Shown: piece after piece, positions 1 through 11,311 of the stretch
How positions within the stretch are numbered: the stretch's first letter is position 1
How the letters are laid out: each line of letters begins with the position of its first letter
NCBI RefSeq assembly: GCF_006345805.1
Contig: NC_043003.1
Location: 22,816,001 to 22,880,000 of the forward strand
Origin: Octopus sinensis
Lineage: Eukaryota
Reading direction: 5' to 3'
Length of the DNA: 64,000 bases
Translations under genes and position numbers: made by a program
Notes under the pieces: model-generated
The model's input: only the letters and a program-made list of their open reading frames with translations
Databases searched by the model: none
Told to the model about the DNA's origin: nothing

Positions 1-19
1 TCTTAAAATACATTCTTAT

Positions 20-253
20 TACAGAAGAGGCTAGTTCAGTGGGACTGCAAAAATATACGATAACATCGGGATAAGGCGTAGATTTTCGGAGAGTCGTATA
101 AAAACAGAATCCGAAGGCTAAATCAAGTTCCCTAGTTATTAAATAAGAGCCTAATTCATTGGAACTGAAAAAATACCATATTGTTAGGATTAGATGTAAA
201 TTTGCGGAGAATGGTATAAAGATAGAATCTGAAGGCTAAATCAAGTTCCCTAT
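20..253. repeat. Diverged tandem duplication, about 118 bp unit, two copies
   Basis: GAAGGCTAAATCAAGTTCCCTA occurs at 113 and 231, and the upstream parts of both units also align (gaactg/ggactg-aaaaata, gtataaa-a/g-agaatc). Confidence 0.7.
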
Positions 254-360
254 TTAGTGTCAACCCCTTTTAAAATAAATATAATTGTGAGATAGAACTA
301 TACCACCAGGTAACTGGGTGCCGTCTCCGACTAATAGGCAATGAATATTTAATGTAATAG

Positions 361-789
361 ATGTGCGGGTATTCAATTCAATTTTTATTGGCTCAAAAAG
401 CAAAAGCAAGGCCATGTAGGGGGACAGGGAGTTATGTACAGGGAGGGTGGTCATACAAAGAGTTCAGGCTATTTTTGGTCAAGAGAGACTTTGAACCGAG
501 CGGTCGTCGGTATTCTGAAAATACCCCATGGAGTGATGACCGTGGCCTGTATAGTTACCGGTTGCCCTTTGGCAAGGTATAGCACCCGTTTAAACACAGA
601 GATTCGGAAAATACATGGGACTGCAGCATAGTGGATTGGGAAGAGGTAGCGAAGAGCTCAACTAAACCAACGGTGCTTGTTACATTGATGCTGAGCGGAG
701 GAATCCTAGACGATCAACGGTCAGGATCAAGAAACTATCAAGAGAGTAACTGCAACGCATCAATAAGGCCGGCGTCTACGGTTGGGTAA
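361..789 (+). other. Possible highly decayed Ty3/gypsy-like RT fragment (tentative)
   Basis: A frame with one internal stop contains FLVKRDF, RGLYSYRLPFG and ILDD in the order of gypsy RT motifs (FSKLDL, GLY.Y.RLPFG, YLDD), but the spacing is off. Confidence 0.25.
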
Positions 790-1397
790 TTAGCTAATGA
801 AAGATTCGCTGACTGAAGCTCCCAATTCAAATTCATAATAATGGAATTGGATGGCAGCAGAGAGCCATGAGAATCTACGAAAGCAGCGTGACCGAAGAAG
901 TTTTAATATCAAATATGGCGACAAATGTCTGTGTAATTTCGATTCCCCATTCAGAATGTGGTAGAATTTTTCCGATCATTAATACATATTTTGTATCATT
1001 CAAATGGTGTAAATATTCTTTTTCCAACTGTCTTCCAACAAGTGGAATAAGTTTGCCCTAAGAAAAGCCGCAAACATACAATCGCAAAGTCCCATTCATT
1101 TCTTATATAATTTTGTAGAGCTGTCTGTTTATGAAATTACTCCGTATTGCAATATATTCGCCTAAGCTAAATTCCACAACCCAATAATGATTATCTATGA
1201 AAGAAAGAAAGGAAAAATACTAGACTTCATTCATTGCTTTATGCATCTTCTTTCGCAATCATCGAGGTGTGTGTCAGAAGCAATTATTACGTTATATAAC
1301 AGAAGTGTATTACAATACTAAAAACTTAACTTGTTTCCTATCAAATACGAACTTTTCCAGACACTTCTTCAAAGTGAGCCAACAAAAGAGTTTCTAA

Positions 1398-1556
1398 GCG
1401 GTTGATCGTCCTGCTAGAAATAGTGATCAAATTTCCTTTAAACCAAATTGCATCGTGTTAAAAAAAAAGCTGCAACACTCTGAATGATATAGCTATAGTT
1501 ATACAATGTTTGGTAAAGAAAATAAACAGCCAAGAGAGTTGCTTTTGATCATAACC
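1398..1556 (+). repeat. Old unclassified interspersed repeat (family E), degraded
   Basis: ctagaaatag..caaat..ccttta and ..tttgatcat motifs are shared with 41545-41828, 37755-37870, 44225-44440 and 51790-51990. Confidence 0.35.
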
Positions 1557-1998
1557 TAATCTGAGAAAAAAAAAAGTGCCTATGAAGTCGTTTCAACTGC
1601 GCGAATAACAGTTAAATCACTTTTACAAAAGACGCAACACATTTCAATAAAAAAAAAAAATGAAAATAAAACACTCGCGGCAAAACACCACTGATCTTAT
1701 GATTGGGTTGTGCTGAACAGAAGCAGCAACAAGAACAACAGGAATAATCTTCTATCGAAGTAAAATTGCGAGGGTTACTAACACTCTATCCAGATCTGAG
1801 AGTAAGTTACAAAATTGAACGATAGTAAATACAGTAATAAACAGGTCTCCATCAGTTTCCACGAACAGTGCTCGATTGATCGGTTACGCTAATTCATTGA
1901 GCAGGAATGTGCCTACCTCTATTCCAGGCGGAATCTTTGCGAATCGGTGTGTGGCAAGGCCAACCCTTTGAATCCCTCGTAATATATATATATATATT

Positions 1999-2275
1999 GT
2001 TCCTGGCTCATTAGGGCCGGTTTCCCGGTTTCCTTGGCGTATAGGTTCCCCATCTGGACAGGACGTCGATCCGTCGCAGGTGAGCTGCAAGATGCAGGAG
2101 GAAAGAGCGAGAGAAAGTTGTGGCGAATGAGTCAGCAGAGGTTCGCCATTACCTTCTGCCGGAGCCGCGTGGAGCTTAGGTGTTTCGCTCATAAACGCAC
2201 ACATTGCCCGGTCTGAGATTCGAACCCGCGATCCCTCGACCGCGAGTCTGCTGCACTAACCACTAGACCTCCGCC
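1999..2275 (-). mobile_element. tRNA-derived SINE, head C with tail 3 variant
   Basis: The minus strand has a tRNA-like head (TGGTTAGTGCAGC A-box-like, GGTTCGAATC B-box), the family C body (gctccacgcggctccggcag) and a tail similar to 25103 and 58636. Confidence 0.8.
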
Positions 2276-3066
2276 ATAATATATATATATATGCATAAAT
2301 ATCCGACAAGCTCCTTTATTTCTTGCAGCTCATTTTCATTCACAAGGGCAGAATCGATCTGTAATATTAATAAAAGATACGCAGTGATATCTTACTTATG
2401 ACCCAGTAAGTAAGAACCGAACTTCTTACTCTTTTGTCGTGTAATTTCCACAGATGGATGGTAGTGGTATAATATCAAGGTAAGTATATTTTAGAACTCG
2501 GTGTTCTTTAAACAACAGAAGTGTTTGTGTGTGTATGTGATGAGAAAGAGATAGAGAAAAAGTGAGACAGAATATGGGAAAGGGAGAGAAAGAGAAGGAG
2601 AGAGGGAGAGAGAGGAGAGAGAGGAGAGAGAGGAGAGAGAGAGACTTGCAAGAGATTGAACTCAGCTCACATTTCTGACGAAACTTTCGGCATTTTATTT
2701 TATTTCTGAGTGTCAACGAAGGAGCTTCTACGTCGTCGAAAGACCCGCTGAAAATAGTAATATATCGCACGACACAAACTGAAACATTTTGAAATAGGAA
2801 AAACCACGAGATAATATTGTCATGGAAACCTTAACGAAAAATATAAAAATATAAACAGCTGGATGCTCACGGCCGGAACGGCTGTTATCATCGTTTGGTT
2901 GGATTTTAAAATTTCCACGAATTGTGGTCCTTGGTTAAGCTAACTCTTTTGTTATACATAGCAACCTCACTCAAATAACACCCTAACTTTTATTTTACTT
3001 TTCAATAACAAAAAGCGATTATGAAATGACAACCCGAATACTCAAACTTCGGAATGGTAATAACTA

Positions 3067-3671
3067 GAATACCTATTTTTTACTACCCACAAGGGGCTAA
3101 ACACAGAGAGGACAAACAAGGATAGACAAACGGATTAAGTCGATTACATCGACCCCAATGCGTAACTGGTACTCAATTTATCGACCCCGAAAGGATGAAA
3201 AGCAAAGTCGACCTCGGCGGAATTTGAACTCAGAACGTAACAGCAGATGAAATACCTATTTCTTTACTACCCTCAAGGGGCTAAACACAGAGAGTACAAA
3301 CAAGGATAGACAAACGGATTAAGTCGATTATATCGACCCCAGTGCGTAACTGGTACTTAATTTATCGCCTCCGAAAGGATAAAAGGCAAAGTCGACCTCG
3401 GCGGAATTTGAACTCAGAACGTAACAGCAGATGAAATACCTATTTCTTTATTACCCACAAGGGGCTAAACACAGAGGGGACAAACAAGGACAGACATAGG
3501 TATTAAGTCGATTACATCGACCCTAGTGCGTAACTGGTACTTAATGTATCGACCCTGAAAGGATGAAAGGCAAAGTCGACCTCGGCGGAATTTGAACTCA
3601 CAACGTAACGACAGACGAAATACCGCTACGCATTTCGCCCGGCGTGCTAACGTTTCTGCCAGCTCGCCGCC
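3067..3671 (-). mobile_element. SINE family A, head-to-tail trimer (one head, three ~183 bp bodies)
   Basis: Units start at 3067, 3249 and 3433 (gaaataccta). A single tRNA-like 5' head ends at 3671. The core GTCGACTTTGCCTTTCATCCTTTCGGGGTCGATAA resembles a Meta-type SINE central domain. Confidence 0.9.
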
Positions 3672-4274
3672 AATAACTACAATACCTTAGATAAGCTAAC
3701 CCAATGGTTAAACAACAGCAACCACACAAAGAATAACGGCAACTATATTGTGTTGCTTTTATCATTGCTGAAAATACGTTAAATGATACAATCGTCTGTT
3801 AATAATTTACAGCAAGGCTGGCTGCACCATTTAATAGTCCATTGTCTTAGCTATCAACAGTATACAGCTACTACGAAGTGGGAATCCTTCAATCGGCCGT
3901 TCGAAGACGCTATCTTTTCAGCCATCTGTGAATATTATTGACCTAGCTCTACAAGTTAAATTGAAAAGGCTTTATCATACTAAAGCAGTTAGGTGACTTT
4001 CTGAATGGAATGTTGAGTGACCGGAATTAACAACTTGAAGTAACTGTTTCCTTCCAATACCGCATTTTGGATTCGTGTCCTACAATGTTTCATATCACAT
4101 ATTTCAGCCTTTTATATGTTCATATTTTTGAGTAAAAAGAAAATGGAGTTAATGAATGCATGCCCGCATTCAAACATACATCATATACATAGATACATAC
4201 ACCCATCGCAAACACATGTAGTGATCTTAGGCTAGTAAGTCCAAAGTAAACATCGCTCTTACGAGTAAAATTAT

Positions 4275-4309
<35 letters not shown>

Positions 4310-4312
4310 TTA

Positions 4313-4385
4313 CATCACTGGTGTGTTTACGTCACTGTAACTTAGCGGTTCGGCAAAGATGAACGAAAGAATAAGTACGAGGCTT
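4313..4385 (+). mobile_element. SINE family B internal fragment, cut by repeat F
   Basis: ctggtgtgtttacgtc..gtaacttagcggttcggcaaa..gaataagtac matches family B copies. Confidence 0.75.
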
Positions 4386-4408
4386 ATTGTACCCTGGCCT
4401 ACTCTAAC

Positions 4409-4570
4409 CAGCCGAAATTGCGAGGATAATCTGGTGCTTGACTGAAGATAGAAAGCTTCGAATGACCCGTCCTTGTTTTTTTTTTGTATCGTCCATCTAG
4501 ATGTTTTGTTGTCCCTTTTTGTATCATCTAGTTGTCCGGATGTTTTGCGTTCTTGTCCCATTTTGTAGTT
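4409..4570 (+). repeat. Unclassified repeat family F (possibly Penelope-like terminal repeat)
   Basis: cagccgaaattgcgaggataatctggtgcttgactgaagat..cttcgaatgacccgtcc is also seen at 10100 (+) and 19443 (-). Confidence 0.6.
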
Positions 4571-4579
4571 TATATATAT

Positions 4580-4678
<99 letters not shown>

Positions 4679-4690
4679 ATATATATATAT
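4571..4690. repeat. (TA)n microsatellite
   Basis: Direct reading. Confidence 0.95.
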
Positions 4691-5949
4691 GTAGGCAGCA
4701 AATGATAGTCATGGTGACGGGGTATCTACTTTAAAGATAAAAACATTCAGCTCTTGGCATCTGGAAATCAGGGATCAAAAGATATGTGGTAATATGTTAG
4801 ATCTAATTTGTTGCGTAGCTGAACACCACTAACAAGCCTCTGGGTCCCTGCAGCAGAATCCATTCGGCAGCAAGTTATACAACCAGACCCTCACCCTAGG
4901 TATAACTTTCCCTCTCACTTCCTTTCTCCCTCTTCTTTCTTCTTCTCATTCCTCTCTTTCTTCACCCTTCCTCTTTATCCTCTTTCTTCCTCTCTCTCTT
5001 CACCAGTCTCAGCGGCATGGAAAAGTGTCATAGCTACTGTTTTCTTCACTGACTAAGTCAGTCTCTCTTTCTCTCTCGCTTTATCTGTCTCTCTATCTCT
5101 CTCGCTCATACACACACAAATGCAATTATTACGATGACAATAGGCATTCGATTTTAATGCTGAAATTAAAATATAAATCAAAATAGGAAAGGAAAAGAAT
5201 TAAATCCTTTGTCAGCATGAGCACAACTCGTATCGACGATTTTTGCATTTTCATTGTGAGAGACCGTGAAAAATCAAATTTAAGATAAAACTGAATATTG
5301 ATAACGTATCAATATCTAAAAGTCATAACGGTATAGAGCCGCAGATGTGATATATGTTATTAATCGAACACAAATCAACCACAGGTGAAATTCAGCTATT
5401 ATTGTCGTTGTATCGATCAGCAGAGTGAAGAAAGTAATCCTTGTTTATGTGAAAGGAAATTTTACGAAATTATTGTAAGGATATAAATATATATTAAACT
5501 ATAGAAAACGAAAATATCTGGAAAGAAACAACCGAGAAAGAGAGAGAGAGGGGGGAGGGAGAGAGAGAAAAAGAAAATATATATTTTATATTTCTACTGT
5601 TGTGAATATAAATGAAACTGCTATTACAGTAAACATGCGCAATAAATTTGAAATCCTGAAAAAAAATTTTAATACGGAAGTCTGTATGTATGTGTGTGTA
5701 TTCGCGGGATTTTCTTTTTTATGTATGTATGTGTGTATGAATGTATGTATGTATGTATGTATTTCGGAGATGTACATGTTTGGCAAGTGAATAGAAGTGA
5801 GAGCGCGTGAAACGAAACCAATTGCAGTGTGGAAGACACATTTGAGCCATACAAAAACTGTTAAATTCAATCATTAAATTTCTGTCAAAATTTTCATTGC
5901 GCTGTCTGTGACCTGTCCACTGACACTGTTCCATTGTATGTAAGTATAT

Positions 5950-6041
5950 ATGCATGTATGTATGTATGTATGTATGTATGTATGTATGTATGTATGTATG
6001 TATGTATGTATGTATGTATGTATGTACGTATGTATGTATGT
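5950..6041. repeat. (ATGT)n microsatellite
   Basis: Direct reading. Confidence 0.95.
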
Positions 6042-6046
6042 AGGTA

Positions 6047-6348
6047 TACTCTCTCTTTTACTCTTTTACTTGCTTTAGTCATTCGACTGAGGCCACACTG
6101 GAGCACCGCCTTCTAGTCGAACAAATCGATCCCAGGACCTATTCTTTGGAAGCCTAATACTTATTCTATCGGTCTCTTTTGCCAAAACGCTAAGCTACAG
6201 GGAAGTAAACACACCAACATCGGTTGTCAAGCGATGGTGGGGAACAATCACACAAACACACGCACACATATACGACAGGCTTCTTTCAGTTTCCGTCTGC
6301 CAAGTCCACTCACAAGGCTTTGGTCAGCCCGAGGCCTTAGTAGAAGGC
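6047..6348 (-). mobile_element. SINE family B, 5'-truncated
   Basis: Reverse complement of the family B body and of the (AGTAAAAG)n tail. Confidence 0.85.
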
Positions 6349-6380
6349 AATGCACAACATCTAATGCAAATATTTTCTGG

Positions 6381-6953
6381 TATAGCCCTGGGTCGACCAA
6401 AACTTGTGAATAGATTTAGCGAATGCAAGTCGAAAGAAGGCTGTCATATACATACATAAATACATACATACATACATACATATATATGTACACACGCACA
6501 TAGGGCTTCTCTCTGTCTGTGTTTACCAAATCCACTCCCATGTTTTGGGCCAATCCGAAGTGGATTTGATAAACACTTACCTGAGATGTATATATGTGTG
6601 TGTGTGTGTGTGTATTTGTGTGTGAGTGTGTGTGTGTATGCGTGCGTGTGTGCATGTGTATGTATATGTATCTGTATATATATTTGTATATATTTATATA
6701 TACATAAGTATATGTATATGTATATGTATATGTGTGTGTAATTGTTTTCTTCCCTCCACCGTTTGACAACCGGTGTTGGTTTGATTCCCTCCCCCACAAC
6801 TTAGCGGTTCGGCTAAAAGTGAACTGCAGAATAAGTAATAGGTTTAAAAATAGGTACTGCGGTCAATTTGTTCGACTAAACCATCAAAAGCGGTGCCACA
6901 GCATGGCCGTATTCCACAGACTGAAACGAGTAAAAGAGGAAAGATAAAAGATA
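6381..6953 (+). mobile_element. Older SINE family B-related sequence with expanded internal microsatellites
   Basis: tatagccctgggtcgaccaa at 6381, and ttgacaaccggtgttgg..aacttagcggttcggc..cagcatggccg..gactgaaacgagtaaaag at 6760-6950. Confidence 0.65.
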
Positions 6954-7165
6954 ATTGAATAGCGAAATCCTCTCTATGAAAAGATAAGAAAAACGATGCA
7001 GAACTATATTTATAACAAGAATAAACTACGATATGGTCATATCATGGTTATTGGTTTCATAGATATTCTTCAGTATAACCTGGAGCCATCGCGACTTAAT
7101 ATAATGCAGTGCACAAAGCAAGACTGAATAGAAAATAAAATATATTATTTGGCAGTATTACAATG

Positions 7166-7324
7166 TTATATAAGAGTTCTACAACTATGGAAGGTCTACT
7201 ATGACAACATTACAAAGTAAAATTAACACAGAAAACACACGTAAAAGGCGTGTGTTTTCTGTGTTAATTTTGCTTTGTAATGTTGTCATAGTAGACCTTC
7301 CATAGATGTAGAACTCTTATATAA
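7166..7324. repeat. Near-perfect palindrome, 76 bp arms, 7 nt loop
   Basis: 7166-7241 is the reverse complement of 7249-7324 with two mismatches; the loop is TAAAAGG. Confidence 0.95.
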
Positions 7325-7325
7325 G

Positions 7326-7377
7326 GCTCGTCGCCTTATCTCATCATATATCATTATGAGGAAATAAGGCGACGAGC
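7326..7377. repeat. Second hairpin containing an inverted copy of the adjacent SINE 5' end
   Basis: GCTCGTCGCCTTAT (7326-7339) pairs with ATAAGGCGACGAGC (7364-7377); CTCAT/ATGAG extends the stem. Confidence 0.9.
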
Positions 7378-7556
7378 TGGTAGAATCTTTCGCACGCCAG
7401 GCAAAATGCTTAGCGGCATTTCGTCCCTCTTTACGCTCTTAGGTCAATTTCTGCCGAGTTCGACATTGGATTCGATAAAACAAGTATCAGTTAATCACCA
7501 GGGTCGATGTAATCGACATACCCCTCTCCTGAAACTGCTGATCTTGTGCCAAAAGC
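7368..7556 (+). mobile_element. SINE family A (A2 tail variant), older copy
   Basis: ggcgacgagctggtagaatc..gcacgccaggcaaaatgcttagcggcatttcgtc head; gggtcgatgtaatcgac and cttgtgccaaaa tail. Confidence 0.8.
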
Positions 7557-7577
7557 ATATCTATACAGATATGTGTA

Positions 7578-8784
7578 CAGGGGGCGTAGTGTATTTGAGG
7601 GCATACCTTTCTTGGGTCATTGCTGAATTTTTTGCTAACTCTGTATAATCTGTTTTAAAAAAATGATAATGGTAGACCCTCAGCTTACTCAAGAAATGAA
7701 GAGGCATGGTGTTATTATGGTTATAAAGGCTGAGCATAGCGATGCCAGATCTTTTGTCTACAAAGGAGTTAGAAACTGAAGATGGAAATGTATCACTAGT
7801 ATCAAAGTATAAAAAGCATCCTAAACGTTCTGAAATCACCACATTTGAATTTATCCACCAAGTTTAACAGAGCATTGATTACAATCCCAGAAAGTCCATG
7901 AGGTCAGATGCAAAAGATTTCCCTCTGTCAGAAGGAAATGTTGTCCACGAAGACAACAAATATAAGTTTTAAATGATGAGGAAAGGTGAGTTTGTGAGAA
8001 AAGCAAAGGAAAATCATTACATCAGATCTCAAAGGTTCTTAAACAAACTGAAGAATCCAGCAGAGATTGATTTCCTTTGGTTTTTCTCAAACGAGAAAAA
8101 TTTTGACCAAGATCAAAAAGTTAATTGAAGAAATGACAGATGTTATGTGCAGACCCTTCTCAAGTTCCAAGAGTTATGCATACAACTGCAACTGTCATGG
8201 TTTTAGGGGTTGTCAGCAATGAAGGACATGTGATGCCTCCTTACTTCTTTCCACAAGGCTTTAGAATTAACTCTGCCGCCTACATTTAGGTCCTGGAAAC
8301 AATTGTTAAGCCCTGAATAGACAGTGCATGTAAATGAAAGGCCATATGTGTTTCAGTAAGACTCTGCAATATCACACATGGCTCTAGTAATACAGGAATA
8401 AATGGATGAAAGTTTTCATGATCACATAAACCCTAACCTTTCGCCTCCTAATTTGCCAGATCTATTGGACTATTACGTGTGAAACGTTGTTGAGAGAGAG
8501 AGGTCAATGAACACATCCATAACACTAAAGATTCTTTGAATGCAGCCATAGTCAGAGTAATGTCCAAAATGAACCAGGACTATTTGATTCGAGCATGTAG
8601 ATGATTTAAATCTCATATAGACGCTGTTGTTGAAGCTGAAGGTGGCGTTATTGAATAACATTATAGAAAAGAAGGTTTATTTTTATTCACATAGCATTTT
8701 TTGATAAATAAAGTTATTAACTGTTGTTATATATCTGTTTTTGTATAAACATAAATCTGTCCTCAAATATCTTACGCACCCTGG
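7578..8784 (+). mobile_element. Full-length defective Tc1/mariner transposon of maT (DD37D) type
   Basis: Imperfect TIRs (CAGGGGGCGTAGTGTATTTGAGG / CCTCAAATATCTTACGCACCCTGG) with flanking TA. The broken transposase reads FSNEKNFDQDQKVN, VMVLGVVSNEGHVMPPYFFPQG, YVFQ*DSA, PPNLPDL--LDYYV* and AVVEAEGGVIE*. There are 35 residues between the second and third Asp, or 37 if a deleted NP is restored. Confidence 0.85.
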
Positions 8785-8794
8785 TAATATCAGC

Positions 8795-8797
<3 letters not shown>

Positions 8798-8866
<69 letters not shown>

Positions 8867-9090
8867 GTATGTATATATATATATATACATATATATACAT
8901 ACATACATTTATATATATATATATATACATACATACATATATGTATATATGTATGTATGTATGTATATTTATCTATTTAGATAAACATATATATATATTT
9001 ATATACACATACATTCATACATATATGTATATATACATGTATATATATATAAATATACATACGTGCACGCGCAGACACATAAACATATAT
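8798..9090. repeat. Compound (TA)n/(ATGT)n/(ATAC)n microsatellite
   Basis: Direct reading. Confidence 0.9.
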
Positions 9091-9652
9091 AAAGATAGGA
9101 TGGGGAGGAAGGTGTGTGTAGGCTGTGTGTGTGTGTTTGTGTGTGCAAAGATGCTAGAACAGCAAAACGGTTGGTTAGAGGAAGCTGAGGCAAGTGAACT
9201 AGGTGAAATGATTAAAATACCTTGACTAAAATACTAGAAGTTTAATCGAGAAAATAAATTAGCTCTAACATTTTTCAAGTAGATAGCATTTTTAATTAAA
9301 TAGAAAACCACACCACCACCACCACCAACACCAACAACAACAACAGTAACACCAGCAACAATAACAAAAACATCACTAGCTACAACGCAATCAAGAACAA
9401 ACAACAGAAGCGCCAACGACAAGTCACGAAGTGAAACACTTTGAGAGGAAGTACTTAAATCTGTGTGTGTGGTAAGAAAAATGGACGTGAAGCCTAACAG
9501 GAACTAGCGAAGTTATTTATAGAATAAACTCCATTCATATCGCTTAAATATATGTGTGTGTGTTTGTGTAAAAACTTTATCGTCACTAGTTATGACTGAG
9601 GGTGTCGAAAAACCTATATTACAAGAAATAAGAGTTACAAAAATTAATGCTG

Positions 9653-9720
<68 letters not shown>

Positions 9721-10027
9721 TGACAGGGGAGATAACCGTCTATATTGTGCCTAAAATGCTAAGTCATCAGCATTACAGTAAATTCTTCCTACTTTTCTTA
9801 ACGTTAAACTAATCATTTTGATCGTGAACAAATAATACCGATTATCCATAGCGTATTGTTGATTGTTTTTGTTCTTTCGCCCTTTTTCATCTCTCTCTCG
9901 TTCCCTCCGCTGTCTGTCTATCTATCTGTCTCTATCTATCCATCTTTCACTTCATCATTTATGTAAAGACCCATTATTGCTTGCACACCTGAACAGTCAC
10001 ACTCGTATATATTCATGTATGGGTGTG

Positions 10028-10096
<69 letters not shown>

Positions 10097-10099
10097 CAT

Positions 10100-10215
10100 C
10101 AGCCGAAATTGCGAGGATGATGCAGTTCTTGACTGAAGATAAAAGGCTTCGTATGACGCGCGCCTGTGTGTTTCTGATTGTTCGCGTTTAAGGGCGCGTA
10201 TTTTTGTGCCTTTGC
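10100..10215 (+). repeat. Repeat family F, diverged partial copy
   Basis: cagccgaaattgcgaggatgat..cttgactgaagataaaaggcttcgtatgac. Confidence 0.6.
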
Positions 10216-10782
10216 ACTAATAATGAAATATATATTTATTCAGATGTGATTCTCTCGTCAAATTAAGTAGTTATATTTTCTTCATAATTGTAGTAATTAA
10301 AATTTCCTTAATTGCTCCGAAATCTATTTTCGTCAGTCCAGACCACACGCCACTTAACTGTTTAATGTGTATTTCGTTTTAAAGGAAATAATTCTAAGAA
10401 TGGTACGGAAGTTGAGTAAATTGTTGTTTATGAATGATTAAATGGAGAAAGATTACAAACAACAACATACCGTTCTTCAAATTTAGTCATTGAATATAGC
10501 GAAAGACCAGGCTATATTATGTGTCTGTAATCTGTATAAATGTATATATGTAGTTGAGTATGTATGCGTGTAGACATAGAAAAATTCTTTAACGTATCAT
10601 TAATTATAAGTTACAATTGTTTAGGTACAACCTCTAAGAGGCACTTCATTAGACTTGCATCAAAGGTGTATTGTCACATTGTGCGTCCTTCAGGTCGAAT
10701 GCTTCCCTGGAAATACCTTAACTTCACCCCCACCCGACATTATATATATATATTATATATATATATATATATCGTTTCTGGA

Positions 10783-10994
10783 TTTGGTTTGCAAGATTCT
10801 TTATGTGAGTTTGTGTGTTGAAGCACATTCTGTTGTGTCTGGGGAGAGTCATTCCCTTTTAGTGCCTTATAATTTAACTCACCTACCGGTAAAATTTCCA
10901 CTTATTTCTTTTTTATTTTTCTAAAATTTTCGTTGCGTCTTTTGAGTCAAAACTACTGAAACAGTTGCAAGACGCAACGAAAATTTTAGAAAAA
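10783..10994. repeat. Unclassified repeat ending in a perfect 26 bp inverted repeat
   Basis: 10916-10941 is the exact reverse complement of 10969-10994, with a 27 nt spacer. The tttgcaagattctt..gtgtgttgaa part recurs near 14984-15050. Confidence 0.75.
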
Positions 10995-10997
10995 TCG

Positions 10998-11311
10998 AAG
11001 ATACGACGACGAGGGTCCCAGCTGATACGATCAACGGAAAAGCTTGCTCGTGAAATTAACGTGCAAGTGGCTGAGCACTCCACAGACACGTGTACCCTTA
11101 AAGTAGTTTTCAAGGAGATTCAGCATGACACAGAGTGTGCCAAGGCTGGCCCTTTTGAAATACAGGTACTACTCATTTTTGCCAGCTAAGTAGACTGGAG
11201 CAACGTGAAATAAAGTGTCTTGCTCAAGGACACAACGTGTCGCCGGGAATCGAACTCACAATCTTACGATCATGAGCCGAATGCCCCTAACCCCTAATCC
11301 ACGCGCCCTCA
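10998..11311 (-). mobile_element. SINE head D (CORE-like) with tail 1
   Basis: On the minus strand, a tRNA-like head is followed by ttgtgtccttgagcaagacacttt..gctccagt..cagctggcaaaaatgagta, then the tail shared with family C copies at 37889 and 45646. Confidence 0.85.

Noticed and set aside
2660-2760. CTGACGA and TCAACGA..CGAAAG motifs as a hammerhead
   Set aside because: The first lacks a downstream GAAA; the second has three core mismatches and no cleavage triplet.
3067-3671. Regularly spaced repeats as a CRISPR array
   Set aside because: The units are ~183 bp SINE bodies with no unique spacers, no cas genes and a eukaryotic context.
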